Shown here: positions 1 through 10,802 of the stretch, piece after piece
Layout of the letters: each line of letters opens with the position of its first letter
Position numbering within the stretch: position 1 is the stretch's first letter
NCBI GenBank assembly: GCA_963840035.1
Contig: CAWIXE010000002.1
Location: 736,001-800,000 of the forward strand
Direction of reading: 5' to 3'
Length of the DNA stretch: 64,000 nt
Source: a candidate division FCPU426 bacterium
Lineage (GTDB): Bacteria > Oederibacteriota > PGYV01 > Palsa-1178
Translations under genes and position numbers: made by a program
Notes under the pieces: generated by a model
Database searches by the model: none
Seen by the model: the letters and a program-made list of their open reading frames with translations, nothing else
What the model was told of the DNA's origin: nothing

Positions 1-1164
1 TGGCTTGTTTACCGACTGACAGATTCCGCCTTCATGCTCGGGCTGGTGGCTTTTACCGGGCAGTTTCCCGCTTTTTTCATCGCGCCATTTGCCGGTATTT
101 TAAGCGACAGGATTGACAGGCGCAAACTCATACTGGCTGCAGACATACTTCAGATGCTTCAGGCCATAGTGCTGGCCGCGCTTGTTATTTTTGGAGCTGT
201 GAAACCATGGCATATAATCATACTCTCTTCAATACTCGGAATAGCCAACGGTTTTGAGATGACTACGAGGCACGCCATAGTCCCGGACATAGTAAATAAT
301 AAAAATAACCTTGGAAATGCCATTGCATTAAACTCGGGTATGTTTAACCTGGCAAGAATCATAGGGCCGTCAATAGCCGGTTTTGTAGTTGCGTACTACG
401 GGGAAGGAATGTGTTTTGCCATAAACGCCGCGAGCTACATTGCCATAATATACGCGCTCCTGGCTATGAAATTGCCTGTAAATAAATATGGCGGAACAGC
501 CACGCGACCCATGAACGACCTGAAAGAAGGTTATAAATATGTTTTTTCCTTCAAGCCGCTGCGGGATATTATTTTTCTTATGGCGTTTATCAGCCTTACA
601 GGCTCGTCTGTAATAATATTACTTCCGGTTTTTGCCAGGGATATCCTGAATGGAGGCCCTCAGATGCTTGGTTTTTTAATGGCGGCCCTGGGCACAGGCG
701 CGCTCACAGGCGCGGTATACCTGGCATCCAGGAAGTCGATACCGGGGCTTGGAAGGGTGATTGTTGCCGCGCTGCTGGTATTCGGGACTGCTGTCTGCTG
801 CCTGGCTTTTGTATCGGATAAATGGCCGGCGCTTTTTCTGCTGATGGCGGCAGGTTCAGGGATGATGATGCACATGGCATCATCAAATACGCTCATACAG
901 ACCATCGCTGACGACGATAAAAGGGGCCGGGCTGTGAGTTTTTACATTATGGCATTTTCGGGTTTTGGCCCCATTGGAAACCTTATCGCGGGTTATGCGG
1001 CAAAAAATTTCGGGGTGAAAATTACGGTTTTGTGCGCGGGATTCATGACTCTGGCCGGGGCCGCTGTTTTTGCTTATAACCTTAAGAAAATGAGGGTTTT
1101 ACTGGAACCTGTGTATATAAAACGCGGTGTATTGCCGGCGGAAGACATTATTGAGCCGAAATAG
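1..1164 (+). CDS. MFS transporter (MFS_3/DUF894-like), 5'-truncated by the window edge
   Basis: Frame is open from base 1 (WLVYRLTDSAF then MLGLV...). MFS motif A GILSDRIDRR, many hydrophobic helices. Confidence 0.9.
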   Translation, partial: WLVYRLTDSAFMLGLVAFTGQFPAFFIAPFAGILSDRIDRRKLILAADILQMLQAIVLAALVIFGAVKPWHIIILSSILGIANGFEMTTRHAIVPDIVNNKNNLGNAIALNSGMFNLARIIGPSIAGFVVAYYGEGMCFAINAASYIAIIYALLAMKLPVNKYGGTATRPMNDLKEGYKYVFSFKPLRDIIFLMAFISLTGSSVIILLPVFARDILNGGPQMLGFLMAALGTGALTGAVYLASRKSIPGLGRVIVAALLVFGTAVCCLAFVSDKWPALFLLMAAGSGMMMHMASSNTLIQTIADDDKRGRAVSFYIMAFSGFGPIGNLIAGYAAKNFGVKITVLCAGFMTLAGAAVFAYNLKKMRVLLEPVYIKRGVLPAEDIIEPK

Positions 1165-1188
1165 GGAATAATAAGTTCTGTGATAATT

Positions 1189-1216
1189 TTGAATTCATAA
1201 TAATATATGCTATAAT
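1189..1216 (+). promoter_or_regulatory. sigma70-type promoter for the histidine kinase operon
   Basis: TTGAAT-16 bp-TATAAT with TG extended -10 (TGCTATAAT). Confidence 0.6.
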
Positions 1217-1277
1217 ATCTATTGGATTAAGGGATTATCTAACATCTTAAACTCAAATAACAGGCTAAGGGGATATT

Positions 1278-4200
1278 GTGTCAAAATTGCGTTTTTTTCT
1301 AAAAAAACATGAATTTTTACTGGCGGAAACGGGTATTGTCATTATTGCCGCTATATTATTCCTGTTTTTCCAGAGAAACGCGATTAATACGCTGAAAATA
1401 AATTTTGAAAATGATTCATCCATAAGGATCAACCAGATTTATAAAAATATGGAAACAGGCGTGGTCCAGCTGGCCATGCTCGACGCTTTTTTTGAAGGCT
1501 CTGATTTTGTGTCGGAGGAGGAGTTCAGGACATTCTCAACACACCTCATGAAGGACAATGCCATTGACGCGCTGACATTTTCAGTTTTTGGCAGGTCCAC
1601 GGCATCGGTCTCGGAATTATATCCCCTGGAAAGGGGCGCGTTGTTTAAGGTAAGGCCATTCGATGAAAATAACGGTTTTGGGGTAAATGGCTATGATACA
1701 TGTGCCGTCATTTACGCGGAACCGCCGGAGCCGTACCGGCCGGTCAGGGGTATGAACCTTCTGACTGAAAAGACGAGATCCATGGCAATCGATACATGTA
1801 TAAAAAATAAAAGCGTAATTGCCAGTTCCCCTGTGGATATAATTGTGCTTAAAGACGGGGAAAATTCTGGATTCATTTTGTTCTCCCCGGTAAGTTTGAA
1901 AAACAGCAAAGGTAAAATTGCCGGAGTGGCGGCAGCGGTCTTTTCGGTAAAAACTCTCGTGACAAAATCCATAGAACCCACACCTCCGCTTAATATATAC
2001 ACTGATTTTTATGACGTTACGAACGGCAACGAGGAATTGCTATACAAGTGGCAGCCCCGCGTACCTGACAGCGCCGCTGGGAAAGTAATGTTCATGCCCT
2101 TTTATCCGAAGAATATTGAAAACCGCGTTTATAAGGAGATTGCCGGAAGAAAATGGCTGATTGTAACCCACCCGGGAAAGGTATATCTTAAACGCCATTT
2201 TTCCATGACTTTTTTAATATTTATCCCGCTGTGCATCGTTTTCCTTGGGCTCCTTTTTTATTACGGCGGCTCAATGAGAAAAAGGGTTGTTGAGGCGGAA
2301 AAGATTGCCGATGAAAAAGGAGCAAGTCTTGAGGAAAAATCAAGGGAATTGCTCATGTTTTTTGAGACGACCATTGACCTGTTTTGTATCGCAAATCTGA
2401 ACGGATATTTTATCAAACTTAACAAGGAATGGGAAAAAACCCTGGGATACAGCCTGGATGAGCTTGAAGGTACAAAATTCATCAATTTTGTCCATGCAGA
2501 TGACAAAGAGGCTACTTTGGCCACATTATCAGGTCTTGGACAAGGGCGATCCATATTAAACTTTGTGAACAGGTACAGGCACAAGAACGGGTCGTACAGG
2601 TGGATTGAATGGCGTTCATCCATGAAAAACGGCCTTGTCTACGCGGCGGCAAGGGACATCACTGACAGGATGAAGTCCGAGGAACTGCTCCGCGACAATG
2701 AGGCGAAATTCAGGGCGTTATTTCTCGCGATACCGGATCCAACTGTGTTAAACAGGGCTGTTGACGGAAGTTATGTCATGGTTAATGACAGGTACCTTCG
2801 GATGTCCGGATATACGCGGGAGGAAGTCTTATCAAGTAATTCAAAAGACCTTAAAATATGGGCCGATTACGACGACAGGCAGAAAGTGATGGATGAATTA
2901 AAAAAGTCCAATTACTTAAATAATGTGCAGGTCAGGTTCAGGATGAAGGACGGAGCGGTCAGGAACTGCCTTGTTTCCGGCTCAGTGATAATGTTCAACG
3001 AGGAACCGCACATACTGCTGACTGCAAGGGATATTACGGACAGGCTTGAAATTGAAGACAGGCTAAAAAAACAGGAGTTCTGGCTCCGCGAGTCACAGCG
3101 CGCCGGACGTATCGGGTCTTTTGAGATTGATATAACGGCGAAGAACTGGATATGCACCCGGGTCCTGGATGAAATATTCGGGATAACGGCTGATTTTGTC
3201 AAATCACTTAAAAACTGGAACGCGCTGATATACGATGAGGATAAGAAAATGATGGAAAATTATTATGGCGAGATTACAAAAAAAATGGCTCAATTTAACA
3301 GGGAATACAGGATAAAAAGGCCGTTAGACGGTTCCATAAGATGGGTTCATGGAAGGGGGGATTTTAGTTTCAATGAAGCGGGTAAGCCGGTAAAACTCAT
3401 CGGCACAATACAGGATATAACTGAGCGCAAAAACGCGGAATTGGCGCTTAAGGACAGCGAAGAAAAGTTTAAAACGGCTTTTGTGACGAGTCCGGATGTC
3501 ATTGCCATAAACAGGGCGCGGGACGGCATGTATGTGCTTGTAAATGACGGGTTCTTAAGGACTACCGGTTATACAAAAGATGAAATCATAGGAAAAACAT
3601 CAAAGGAAATTGCCATATGGGATGATTACGCGGACAGGGACAAACTTGTGGAAATGCTTAAAGAAAAAGGCTATGTAACCGGATATCAGTTCAAGTTCAG
3701 GGTAAAGGATGGAAAAAGCAAAACATGCCTGATGTCCGCCAACATTATTATGCTCAATAACGAACCGCATATAATGGTGAACGTAAAGGATATTTCAGAC
3801 CGTATACTTTTTGAAGAACAGTTAAAAGAGCATGAATTCTGGCTTCGCGAATCGCAGAAGGCGGCAAACGTAGGCAGCTATGACCTCAATATAAAAACCG
3901 GCATATGGAAATCGACAAAAGCCCTGGACGACATATTCGGCATCGATGATTCATACGTGAAAAACATGGATGGCTGGGCCGGGCTTATAAATTCCGCGCA
4001 GCGTGATGAGATGAAAAAATATGTAAGTGAGATTGTTAAAAATAAAGCGGTTTTTGACAGGGAGTACAGGATTGAACGCGCAAAAGATAAAAGCGAACGC
4101 TGGGTTTACGGCAGGGGAAAAATTGTTGCCGGGGCTGACGGATCGCCCGAACGCATGATCGGAACCATAACAGATGTGACTGAACTGCATGAAAAGAATC

Positions 4201-5303
4201 TTAAAATCATTGAAAGCCAGGAAAAACTCCACGTACTTTTTGAGTCCATGACCGAAGGCGTGGCCCAGCACGAATATGTTTTTGAGCGGGGAAGGATTGT
4301 CAATTACAGGATAGTGGATGCTAATAAAAGTTATGAATCCATACTCGGGGTAAAGAAAGAAAATATAACGGGCAAGCTGGCGACAGAGGCTTACGGGGTC
4401 CCTTCGCCTCCATATCTTGAAGAGTTCTCCAGGCCGTATAATGAAGGCGTTAATTTTTACTTTGAGACATACTTTCCGCCGATGAAGAAACATTTTTCCA
4501 TATCCGTGGCAAAATGGGGCGACAGGGGTTTTGCCACCATTTTTACGGATATCACTGCCAGAAAAAAGCATGATGAGGAAAGAGAAGAGATGATGAAGGT
4601 GACAGAGGACAAAAACGCCGAACTGGAGAGATTTATTTATACGGTCTCACATGACCTTAAAAACCCGCTTATTACCATAAACGGTTTTTCGGGGCTGTTA
4701 AAAAAACACCTCGATGCGGGAAAACTTAACGACGCGCAAACCGACGCGGACCTTATCATGAACGCGGCAGGCATGATGGATAATCAGCTTAAGGACCTGC
4801 TTGAAATGTCGCGGATAGGCAGGGTCGCGAATAAGCCCGAGAATATAAAAGTCGCTGATATAACAAGGGACGCGGTCAAGCTCATCCAGGGGGAGTTAAT
4901 CTCAAAAAAAGTGGAAATATCCATAGACAATGAACTTGATGATGAATACATTTACGCGGATAAACAGCGCTTAACCGAAGTGCTGCAGAACCTGCTTTCT
5001 AACGCAGTGAAATTTATGGGAGCGCAGAAACACCCGCAGGTTGAAATCGGCGTTAAAAACAGTTATAATGGTTATGAGAGGGTTTATTACATAAAAGACA
5101 ACGGGATAGGGATTGAAAAACAGTTCTTAACCAGGGTATTTGGCCTTTTTGACAGGCTGAACCCGAAGATAGAAGGCACCGGTATAGGCCTTGCAATCGT
5201 GAAGAGGATTATAGAACTTCACGGAGGCAATATCTGGGCCGAATCAGACGGGCCGGGAAAAGGTTCCGTGTTTTATTTCACGGTCCCGGAAGTAAAAATT
5301 TGA
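1278..5303 (+). CDS. Membrane sensor histidine kinase: CHASE-like periplasmic domain, about 6 PAS/PAC domains, HisKA and HATPase
   Basis: Two TM segments flank a CHASE-like region. Repeated PAS/PAC (DITxRK) modules. H-box VSHDLKNPL, N-box QNLLSNAVKF, DNGIG and GTGIGL boxes. Confidence 0.92.
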   Translation: MSKLRFFLKKHEFLLAETGIVIIAAILFLFFQRNAINTLKINFENDSSIRINQIYKNMETGVVQLAMLDAFFEGSDFVSEEEFRTFSTHLMKDNAIDALTFSVFGRSTASVSELYPLERGALFKVRPFDENNGFGVNGYDTCAVIYAEPPEPYRPVRGMNLLTEKTRSMAIDTCIKNKSVIASSPVDIIVLKDGENSGFILFSPVSLKNSKGKIAGVAAAVFSVKTLVTKSIEPTPPLNIYTDFYDVTNGNEELLYKWQPRVPDSAAGKVMFMPFYPKNIENRVYKEIAGRKWLIVTHPGKVYLKRHFSMTFLIFIPLCIVFLGLLFYYGGSMRKRVVEAEKIADEKGASLEEKSRELLMFFETTIDLFCIANLNGYFIKLNKEWEKTLGYSLDELEGTKFINFVHADDKEATLATLSGLGQGRSILNFVNRYRHKNGSYRWIEWRSSMKNGLVYAAARDITDRMKSEELLRDNEAKFRALFLAIPDPTVLNRAVDGSYVMVNDRYLRMSGYTREEVLSSNSKDLKIWADYDDRQKVMDELKKSNYLNNVQVRFRMKDGAVRNCLVSGSVIMFNEEPHILLTARDITDRLEIEDRLKKQEFWLRESQRAGRIGSFEIDITAKNWICTRVLDEIFGITADFVKSLKNWNALIYDEDKKMMENYYGEITKKMAQFNREYRIKRPLDGSIRWVHGRGDFSFNEAGKPVKLIGTIQDITERKNAELALKDSEEKFKTAFVTSPDVIAINRARDGMYVLVNDGFLRTTGYTKDEIIGKTSKEIAIWDDYADRDKLVEMLKEKGYVTGYQFKFRVKDGKSKTCLMSANIIMLNNEPHIMVNVKDISDRILFEEQLKEHEFWLRESQKAANVGSYDLNIKTGIWKSTKALDDIFGIDDSYVKNMDGWAGLINSAQRDEMKKYVSEIVKNKAVFDREYRIERAKDKSERWVYGRGKIVAGADGSPERMIGTITDVTELHEKNLKIIESQEKLHVLFESMTEGVAQHEYVFERGRIVNYRIVDANKSYESILGVKKENITGKLATEAYGVPSPPYLEEFSRPYNEGVNFYFETYFPPMKKHFSISVAKWGDRGFATIFTDITARKKHDEEREEMMKVTEDKNAELERFIYTVSHDLKNPLITINGFSGLLKKHLDAGKLNDAQTDADLIMNAAGMMDNQLKDLLEMSRIGRVANKPENIKVADITRDAVKLIQGELISKKVEISIDNELDDEYIYADKQRLTEVLQNLLSNAVKFMGAQKHPQVEIGVKNSYNGYERVYYIKDNGIGIEKQFLTRVFGLFDRLNPKIEGTGIGLAIVKRIIELHGGNIWAESDGPGKGSVFYFTVPEVKI

Positions 5304-5306
5304 GGG

Positions 5307-5756
5307 GTGTTTAAAATGAAAGACGATATGAATCCGCTGGTATTGCTCGTGGAAGACAATGACGGGCACGCGCAGCTTGTAAGCATGGGCATGAGGGACT
5401 GCGGCATAGACCATGAGCTCATAAGGGTCTCTGACGGCACGGACGCCGTTAATTTCCTGAAAAAAACCGGGGAATTTAAATCGGACAGCCATAAACGGCC
5501 GGACCTTATTTTGCTTGACCTAAGGCTTCCGAAGATGGACGGCCTTGAAGTTCTAAAGGAAATTAAAAGCGATGAAAAGCTCATGGGTATACCGGTCGTG
5601 GTGCTGACGACCTCGGAATCGGAGAAAGATATAGCTAAGGCGTATGAAGGAAGGGCAAACAGTTACCTGGTAAAGCCCATGCATTATGAAGAGCTTTCAT
5701 CCATGCTGCAGGAGACCGGTTTTTACTGGCTGGCCTGTAACAGAAGGGCGTACTGA
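5307..5756 (+). CDS. Single-domain response regulator (Rcp1-like)
   Basis: LLVEDN, LILLDLRLP, VLTTS, NSYLVKP, C-terminal FYW. The true start may be 5316 or 5328. Confidence 0.9.
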   Translation: MFKMKDDMNPLVLLVEDNDGHAQLVSMGMRDCGIDHELIRVSDGTDAVNFLKKTGEFKSDSHKRPDLILLDLRLPKMDGLEVLKEIKSDEKLMGIPVVVLTTSESEKDIAKAYEGRANSYLVKPMHYEELSSMLQETGFYWLACNRRAY

Positions 5757-5760
5757 AAAA

Positions 5761-6204
5761 ATGACAAAGACCATACTGATAGTGGACGACGATGAGTCCC
5801 TGTCAAAACTTGTTTCAATATGCCTTGAGGAATCCGGTGAAAAAGTGAATGTGATGCATGTTGAAACAGGCGAAGAGGCGCTTGATTATCTCTCAGGCAA
5901 GGGCAGGTATTCAGACAGGCGGCTAAACCCGGTTCCCGCGGTTATCCTGCTTGACCTCGGTCTTCCCATGATGAGCGGGATGGAACTGCTTAAAAGGATT
6001 AAAACCAGCGATGAATTAAGCTCAATTCCGGTCGCTGTCCTGACGGCAATGGAGTCGCGCGGCGACATAAAGCGTGTTTTTAACCAGTTCGCCAACAGCT
6101 GCATTATAAAACCTTTTGGCCTTGACGAGATGAAAAAAGTGCTTAACAGTTTTGCCGCGTACTGGCTGCGCTATAACAGGCTGCCTGAAGAAAAGACGCA
6201 TTAA
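5761..6204 (+). CDS. Single-domain response regulator (Rcp1-like)
   Basis: Start moved to ATG 5761 (MTKTILIVDD). LLDLGLP, IIKP, AAYW. Confidence 0.88.
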   Translation: MTKTILIVDDDESLSKLVSICLEESGEKVNVMHVETGEEALDYLSGKGRYSDRRLNPVPAVILLDLGLPMMSGMELLKRIKTSDELSSIPVAVLTAMESRGDIKRVFNQFANSCIIKPFGLDEMKKVLNSFAAYWLRYNRLPEEKTH

Positions 6205-6420
6205 ATACAATTTTCTATTTTAAATTTTCTATTTTCAATTGAGTACTAAAACACTGCTGAAAAATAATACAAAAAACCATAAAAGCGCCTTTTAAAACTG
6301 GCGTTTTCCGCTGTAAAACAAAAAAAGTTCCCAAAAACCATGAAATTATGATAATATATCATCTCATTTTTGTAATTTATCGTTTAAATAAAAACTATTT
6401 GCATACAAGGAGCTTAGAAG

Positions 6421-9400
6421 ATGAAATCAAAAGCAGGTTCGGCCAAAGCGTTTGGAATATGCCTCGGCGCGTCCACAATAAGCGCGGTTGAGGTAATAAA
6501 AGAGGGAAATGATATAAAAATAGGCAGGATAATACGCAAAGAGCATGACGGCAACCCGCGTGAGATTTTCGGCGAGGTTGTAAATGAACTCAATACGGGC
6601 GACGCGCCGGTGCTGGTAACAGGCAGGCGTTTCAGGAGTTTTGTAAGTCTTCCTTCGGTAACAGAACCGGAAGCTGTAGAATCAGCCCTTCATTACATAC
6701 ATACCAGGACAGGTTCTACCGCGCATGAAAAATATGACGCCCTTGTTTCAGCCGGCGGCGAGACTTTCATGGTATACAGGCTTGATGACGACCAGCGTAT
6801 AGTGGGTATTTCCACCGGTAATAAATGCGCTTCAGGGACCGGGGAGTTTTTCCTTCAGCAGATAAAGAGGATGGACCTTACCATAGAAAAAGCCGTGGAA
6901 GCCGCTGTAAACGGAGACCCGTACAGCGTCTCGGGCCGTTGTTCCGTATTCTGCAAGTCGGACTGCACACACGCGCTTAATAAAGGCGTTCCGGTATCCG
7001 ATGTCACGGCCGGCCTTTGCGAGATGATAGCCTCCAAGATTATTGAACTTGTCGTAAAAATCCCGCATAACAGGGTGCTGGTTACAGGAGGAACAGCGCT
7101 GAATGCGGCAGTAATTAAGCATGTAAAAAAGCACTTAAAACATATCCATGTGCCGGAAGAAGCCCCGTATTTTGAGGCGCTCGGCGCGGCAATAGCAGCC
7201 TTTGATAAAGGCGAGAAAGCCAAGGAAAATCTTTTTAAGGAAGGCGAGTCAAGCTTTAACCCGCTGCCTTCACTCAAAGAGGCGGAGTCGCTTGTTGTTT
7301 TTAATGAGTTCAAACACGGTAAGGTTAAGGACGGCGATGAATGCATAGTGGGCCTTGATGTGGGTTCCACAACGACAAAAGCCACGCTCATGCGCTTATC
7401 GGACGAAAAGGTGCTCGCGTCCATATACCTTCGCACCAACGGACAGCCGGTGGAAGCTTCTCGCAAATGTTTTGAGTCTTTAATCGAGCAGACCGCCGGA
7501 GTCAAATTTAAAGTAACCGGCATAGGCGTTACAGGTTCAGGCAGGCAGATTGCCGGGCTCTACGCGCTCACTGACGGCATTATAAATGAAATAATCGCGC
7601 ACGCTTCGGCGGCCGTATATTTTGACCCGGAAGTCGACACCATATTTGAAATCGGCGGCCAGGACGCGAAGTACACGCACTTAACCAACGGCGTTGCCTC
7701 TGATTACGCCATGAATGAGGCCTGCTCGGCAGGCACGGGTTCGTTCCTTGAAGAAGCCGCTTATGAATCGCTCGGCGTGGATTACAGGGAGATAGCGGAC
7801 CTTGCGATAAAAGGCGTCAACCCGCCCAACTTCAATGACCAGTGCGCGGCGTTCATATCATCGGACATCAAGAACGCCACGCATGAAGGCATTTCGCGCA
7901 ATGACATTCTGGCGGGTCTTGTTTATTCCATATGCTTTAACTACACAAACCGCGTAAAAGGCCACAGGCCCGTGGGCAACAAGATATTCATGCAGGGCGG
8001 CGTATGCTATAACAAAGCCGTGCCGCTTGCCATGGCGTCCATAATGAAAAAACAGATCATAGTGCCGCCGGACCCGGGCATGATGGGCGCGTTTGGAGTT
8101 GCCCTCGAACTTAAGAAAAGGCTTAACCTGGGGCTTATTGAGAAAAAGGAATTTGACCTTAAAGCCATCATCGGCAGGAAAGTGGTAAATGAAAAGCCCT
8201 TTATCTGCGCCGGCGGCAAGGAAAAATGCGACCTGAAGTGCTCCATCAATATGATAAGGATAGAGGAAAAAGTTTATCCCTTTGGCGGGGCGTGTAACAG
8301 GTATTACAACCAGCGCTTCAGTATAACCGTTGATGACAAAGACCTTGACCTCGTAAAAGCCAGAAATGAGCTGGCGTTCGGCAAGTACAGCCCGCCGGCA
8401 AAGCTTCCGGCAAAGGCGCCGGTAATAGGCATTAATAAATCGCTGATAGTTTATCAGCTATTTCCTTTGTATTATAACTTTTTTACAACGCTCGGCTGCA
8501 AGGTCGTCACATCGACTGAAGTCGTCGAGGAAGCCACGCACAGGCACACCACGTCATTTTGTTATCCGGCGCAGGTTTCCATCGGGCTTTTTGACAGCCT
8601 GATATCGCTTAAGCCTGATTTTTATTTTATGCCGCACACGGAAGAGCTGCCTGTCGAAGGCGGAATGAAGAGGAAGGAATTCTCCTCCACATGCATATTT
8701 ACCCAGGGCGAGGCCTTCTGGATGCGCCAGATATTCAAGGACAAGCTTGAAAAAGAAAAGGTGCTTTCGCCCACGCTGAACTTCGCCAACGGGTTTGACA
8801 AGGAAACCGAAAACTTTATTAAGATAGGAAAGAAACTCGGCTTTTCCGCCAAAAAATCACGCGCCGCTTTTGAAAAAGCCATAAAAGTCCAGCAGGCGTA
8901 CCGCGACGAGAAAAAGGAAATGGGAAGGCTGGCGCTGGAAGAACTCCACAAGCACCCTGAAAAGATAGCCATAGTGCTCTTCGGGCCGCCGCATAACGCG
9001 CTCTCGGACGAGACCAATAAGGGAATACCGAAAAAACTTACGTCGCGCGGATATATGATAATGCCTTTTGACATACTCCCGACGGAAAAAGAAACCATAG
9101 AAGACCCGCACGAGGATTACATGCACTGGGAAATGGGACAGAAGATCATAAGGGGCTCGCAGATTGTAAAGAAAGACCCCCAGCTCTTCGGCCTGTATAT
9201 TACAAACTTCCTGTGCGCCATTGACTCACTGCTGGTGACATATTTCAGGCGTATCATGAAATCCAAGCCGTCATTGACCCTCGAGATTGACGGACACACG
9301 GCTGACGCAGGCATAGACACCAGGGTGGAAGCTTACCTTGATGTTATTAAGAATTATAATGAAGTCCAGAAGAAAGCGGTCGCTAAAACGGCGGACACTT

Positions 9401-10782
9401 TCGTGCCTGCCATCATTGACGTCACGGCAAGCGGCATGTTCTTCGTGGATTCGAAAGGCAAGAAATTCGCGTTAACAGACCCAAATGTAAAGCTTATAAT
9501 TCCTAACATGGGCGACACGGCGGCACTCAGCCTTGCGGCCGTATTCAGGAACCAGGGAATACGCGCTGAAGGCATGCCTGTCTCGGACAGGGAAGCCTTA
9601 AGGCTGGGACGCAGCGTAACAACCGGCAAAGAGTGCCTTCCCATGGTGCTGTGTATCGGTTCCATGCTGCGCTATTTAAAGCACAGGACAAACCCGAATG
9701 AAAAGCTTGTTGTTTTCCAGCCGCGCGCCGCGGGTTACTGCAGGCTCGGCCAGTACCACGTTTATATGAACATGCTTATTAAAGAAAGAAAACTTGAGGA
9801 TGTGGCGCTGCTTTCGCTCGCGAACGAGGAACGCTATACCGGCGTCGGGCCGACATTCACGCTTAACGCGTGGAAAGGCCTGCTCGTGGCTGACGTAATG
9901 GACGATGTAAGAAACGCCATATGGACCATAGCGACCGATCCGGTTAAAGGCGAAAAAATATTTGATGTTGAGTATGACAAATTAATGCAGTCCCTGGACG
10001 GCAGCTCCAAAGTTGATTTTTACAGGCAGCTGAAGGCTTCCATGGCTGAACTGAAGAAAATTCCCAAGAAAGTTGAACTTGATAAAACGCCTGAAGTGGC
10101 GGTTGTCGGCGAGATATTCGTCCGCAGGGATTCTTTCTCAAACAAGGACATTGCCAAAAGGCTCGCGGAAAAAGGTTACATAGCAAAAGTCGGGCACTTA
10201 ACAGAGTGGCTGTATTACCTTAACTATATGATCAAGCATAAGCTCCACGTGCCTGATTACACCATGCTGGGCTGGCTTGAGTTTGTCCTCTCCGACGCCA
10301 CGCAGAGGTTCGTTGAGGTGAAGGTAAAAAAGATCATAGCTGAATCAGGGTTCTATAATGTTGAATTGGTGGACATTGAGGATATCATCAGGTACTCGGA
10401 ACATATAGTGCCGAAAGATTTAAAAGGCGAGCCCGGGCTTATAATGGGAATAACGCTTCGCGACATATTCTCAAAATACGCGGGTATAGTCAACATCGGC
10501 CCGTTCTCCTGCATGCCTGTGCGCTTTACCGAAGCCATCATGGCCAACAGCCTTGACATGAAAAGCAGGGAAGAGGCGTATAAAAGCGCGGGCAAAGCCA
10601 TGAACAATAAGTCCTTCAGGGATACGGAGCGCATACCGTTTCTGACCATAGAAGCGGACGGCAACCCGTACCCGCAGCTTTTAGAGGCGCGTTTTGAAAG
10701 TTTCTGCCTGCAGGCAGGAAGGATAGCCAAAACGCAGGGCAAGGAACTTTACATAAAAGAATTAGCCGTTAAAAAAGTATAA
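6421..10782 (+). CDS. 2-hydroxyacyl-CoA dehydratase activase-type fusion (two BadF/BcrAD ATPase domains + DUF2229 + dehydratase-like C-terminus)
   Basis: GICLGAS and GLDVGSTTTK, CASGTG and CSAGTG, CSVF and CAAF Fe-S motifs, EIGGQDAK, TGKECLP. AAGGAG RBS. Confidence 0.88.
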   Translation: MKSKAGSAKAFGICLGASTISAVEVIKEGNDIKIGRIIRKEHDGNPREIFGEVVNELNTGDAPVLVTGRRFRSFVSLPSVTEPEAVESALHYIHTRTGSTAHEKYDALVSAGGETFMVYRLDDDQRIVGISTGNKCASGTGEFFLQQIKRMDLTIEKAVEAAVNGDPYSVSGRCSVFCKSDCTHALNKGVPVSDVTAGLCEMIASKIIELVVKIPHNRVLVTGGTALNAAVIKHVKKHLKHIHVPEEAPYFEALGAAIAAFDKGEKAKENLFKEGESSFNPLPSLKEAESLVVFNEFKHGKVKDGDECIVGLDVGSTTTKATLMRLSDEKVLASIYLRTNGQPVEASRKCFESLIEQTAGVKFKVTGIGVTGSGRQIAGLYALTDGIINEIIAHASAAVYFDPEVDTIFEIGGQDAKYTHLTNGVASDYAMNEACSAGTGSFLEEAAYESLGVDYREIADLAIKGVNPPNFNDQCAAFISSDIKNATHEGISRNDILAGLVYSICFNYTNRVKGHRPVGNKIFMQGGVCYNKAVPLAMASIMKKQIIVPPDPGMMGAFGVALELKKRLNLGLIEKKEFDLKAIIGRKVVNEKPFICAGGKEKCDLKCSINMIRIEEKVYPFGGACNRYYNQRFSITVDDKDLDLVKARNELAFGKYSPPAKLPAKAPVIGINKSLIVYQLFPLYYNFFTTLGCKVVTSTEVVEEATHRHTTSFCYPAQVSIGLFDSLISLKPDFYFMPHTEELPVEGGMKRKEFSSTCIFTQGEAFWMRQIFKDKLEKEKVLSPTLNFANGFDKETENFIKIGKKLGFSAKKSRAAFEKAIKVQQAYRDEKKEMGRLALEELHKHPEKIAIVLFGPPHNALSDETNKGIPKKLTSRGYMIMPFDILPTEKETIEDPHEDYMHWEMGQKIIRGSQIVKKDPQLFGLYITNFLCAIDSLLVTYFRRIMKSKPSLTLEIDGHTADAGIDTRVEAYLDVIKNYNEVQKKAVAKTADTFVPAIIDVTASGMFFVDSKGKKFALTDPNVKLIIPNMGDTAALSLAAVFRNQGIRAEGMPVSDREALRLGRSVTTGKECLPMVLCIGSMLRYLKHRTNPNEKLVVFQPRAAGYCRLGQYHVYMNMLIKERKLEDVALLSLANEERYTGVGPTFTLNAWKGLLVADVMDDVRNAIWTIATDPVKGEKIFDVEYDKLMQSLDGSSKVDFYRQLKASMAELKKIPKKVELDKTPEVAVVGEIFVRRDSFSNKDIAKRLAEKGYIAKVGHLTEWLYYLNYMIKHKLHVPDYTMLGWLEFVLSDATQRFVEVKVKKIIAESGFYNVELVDIEDIIRYSEHIVPKDLKGEPGLIMGITLRDIFSKYAGIVNIGPFSCMPVRFTEAIMANSLDMKSREEAYKSAGKAMNNKSFRDTERIPFLTIEADGNPYPQLLEARFESFCLQAGRIAKTQGKELYIKELAVKKV

Positions 10783-10802
10783 TAATGCTTCACGGGAGTC
10801 AC

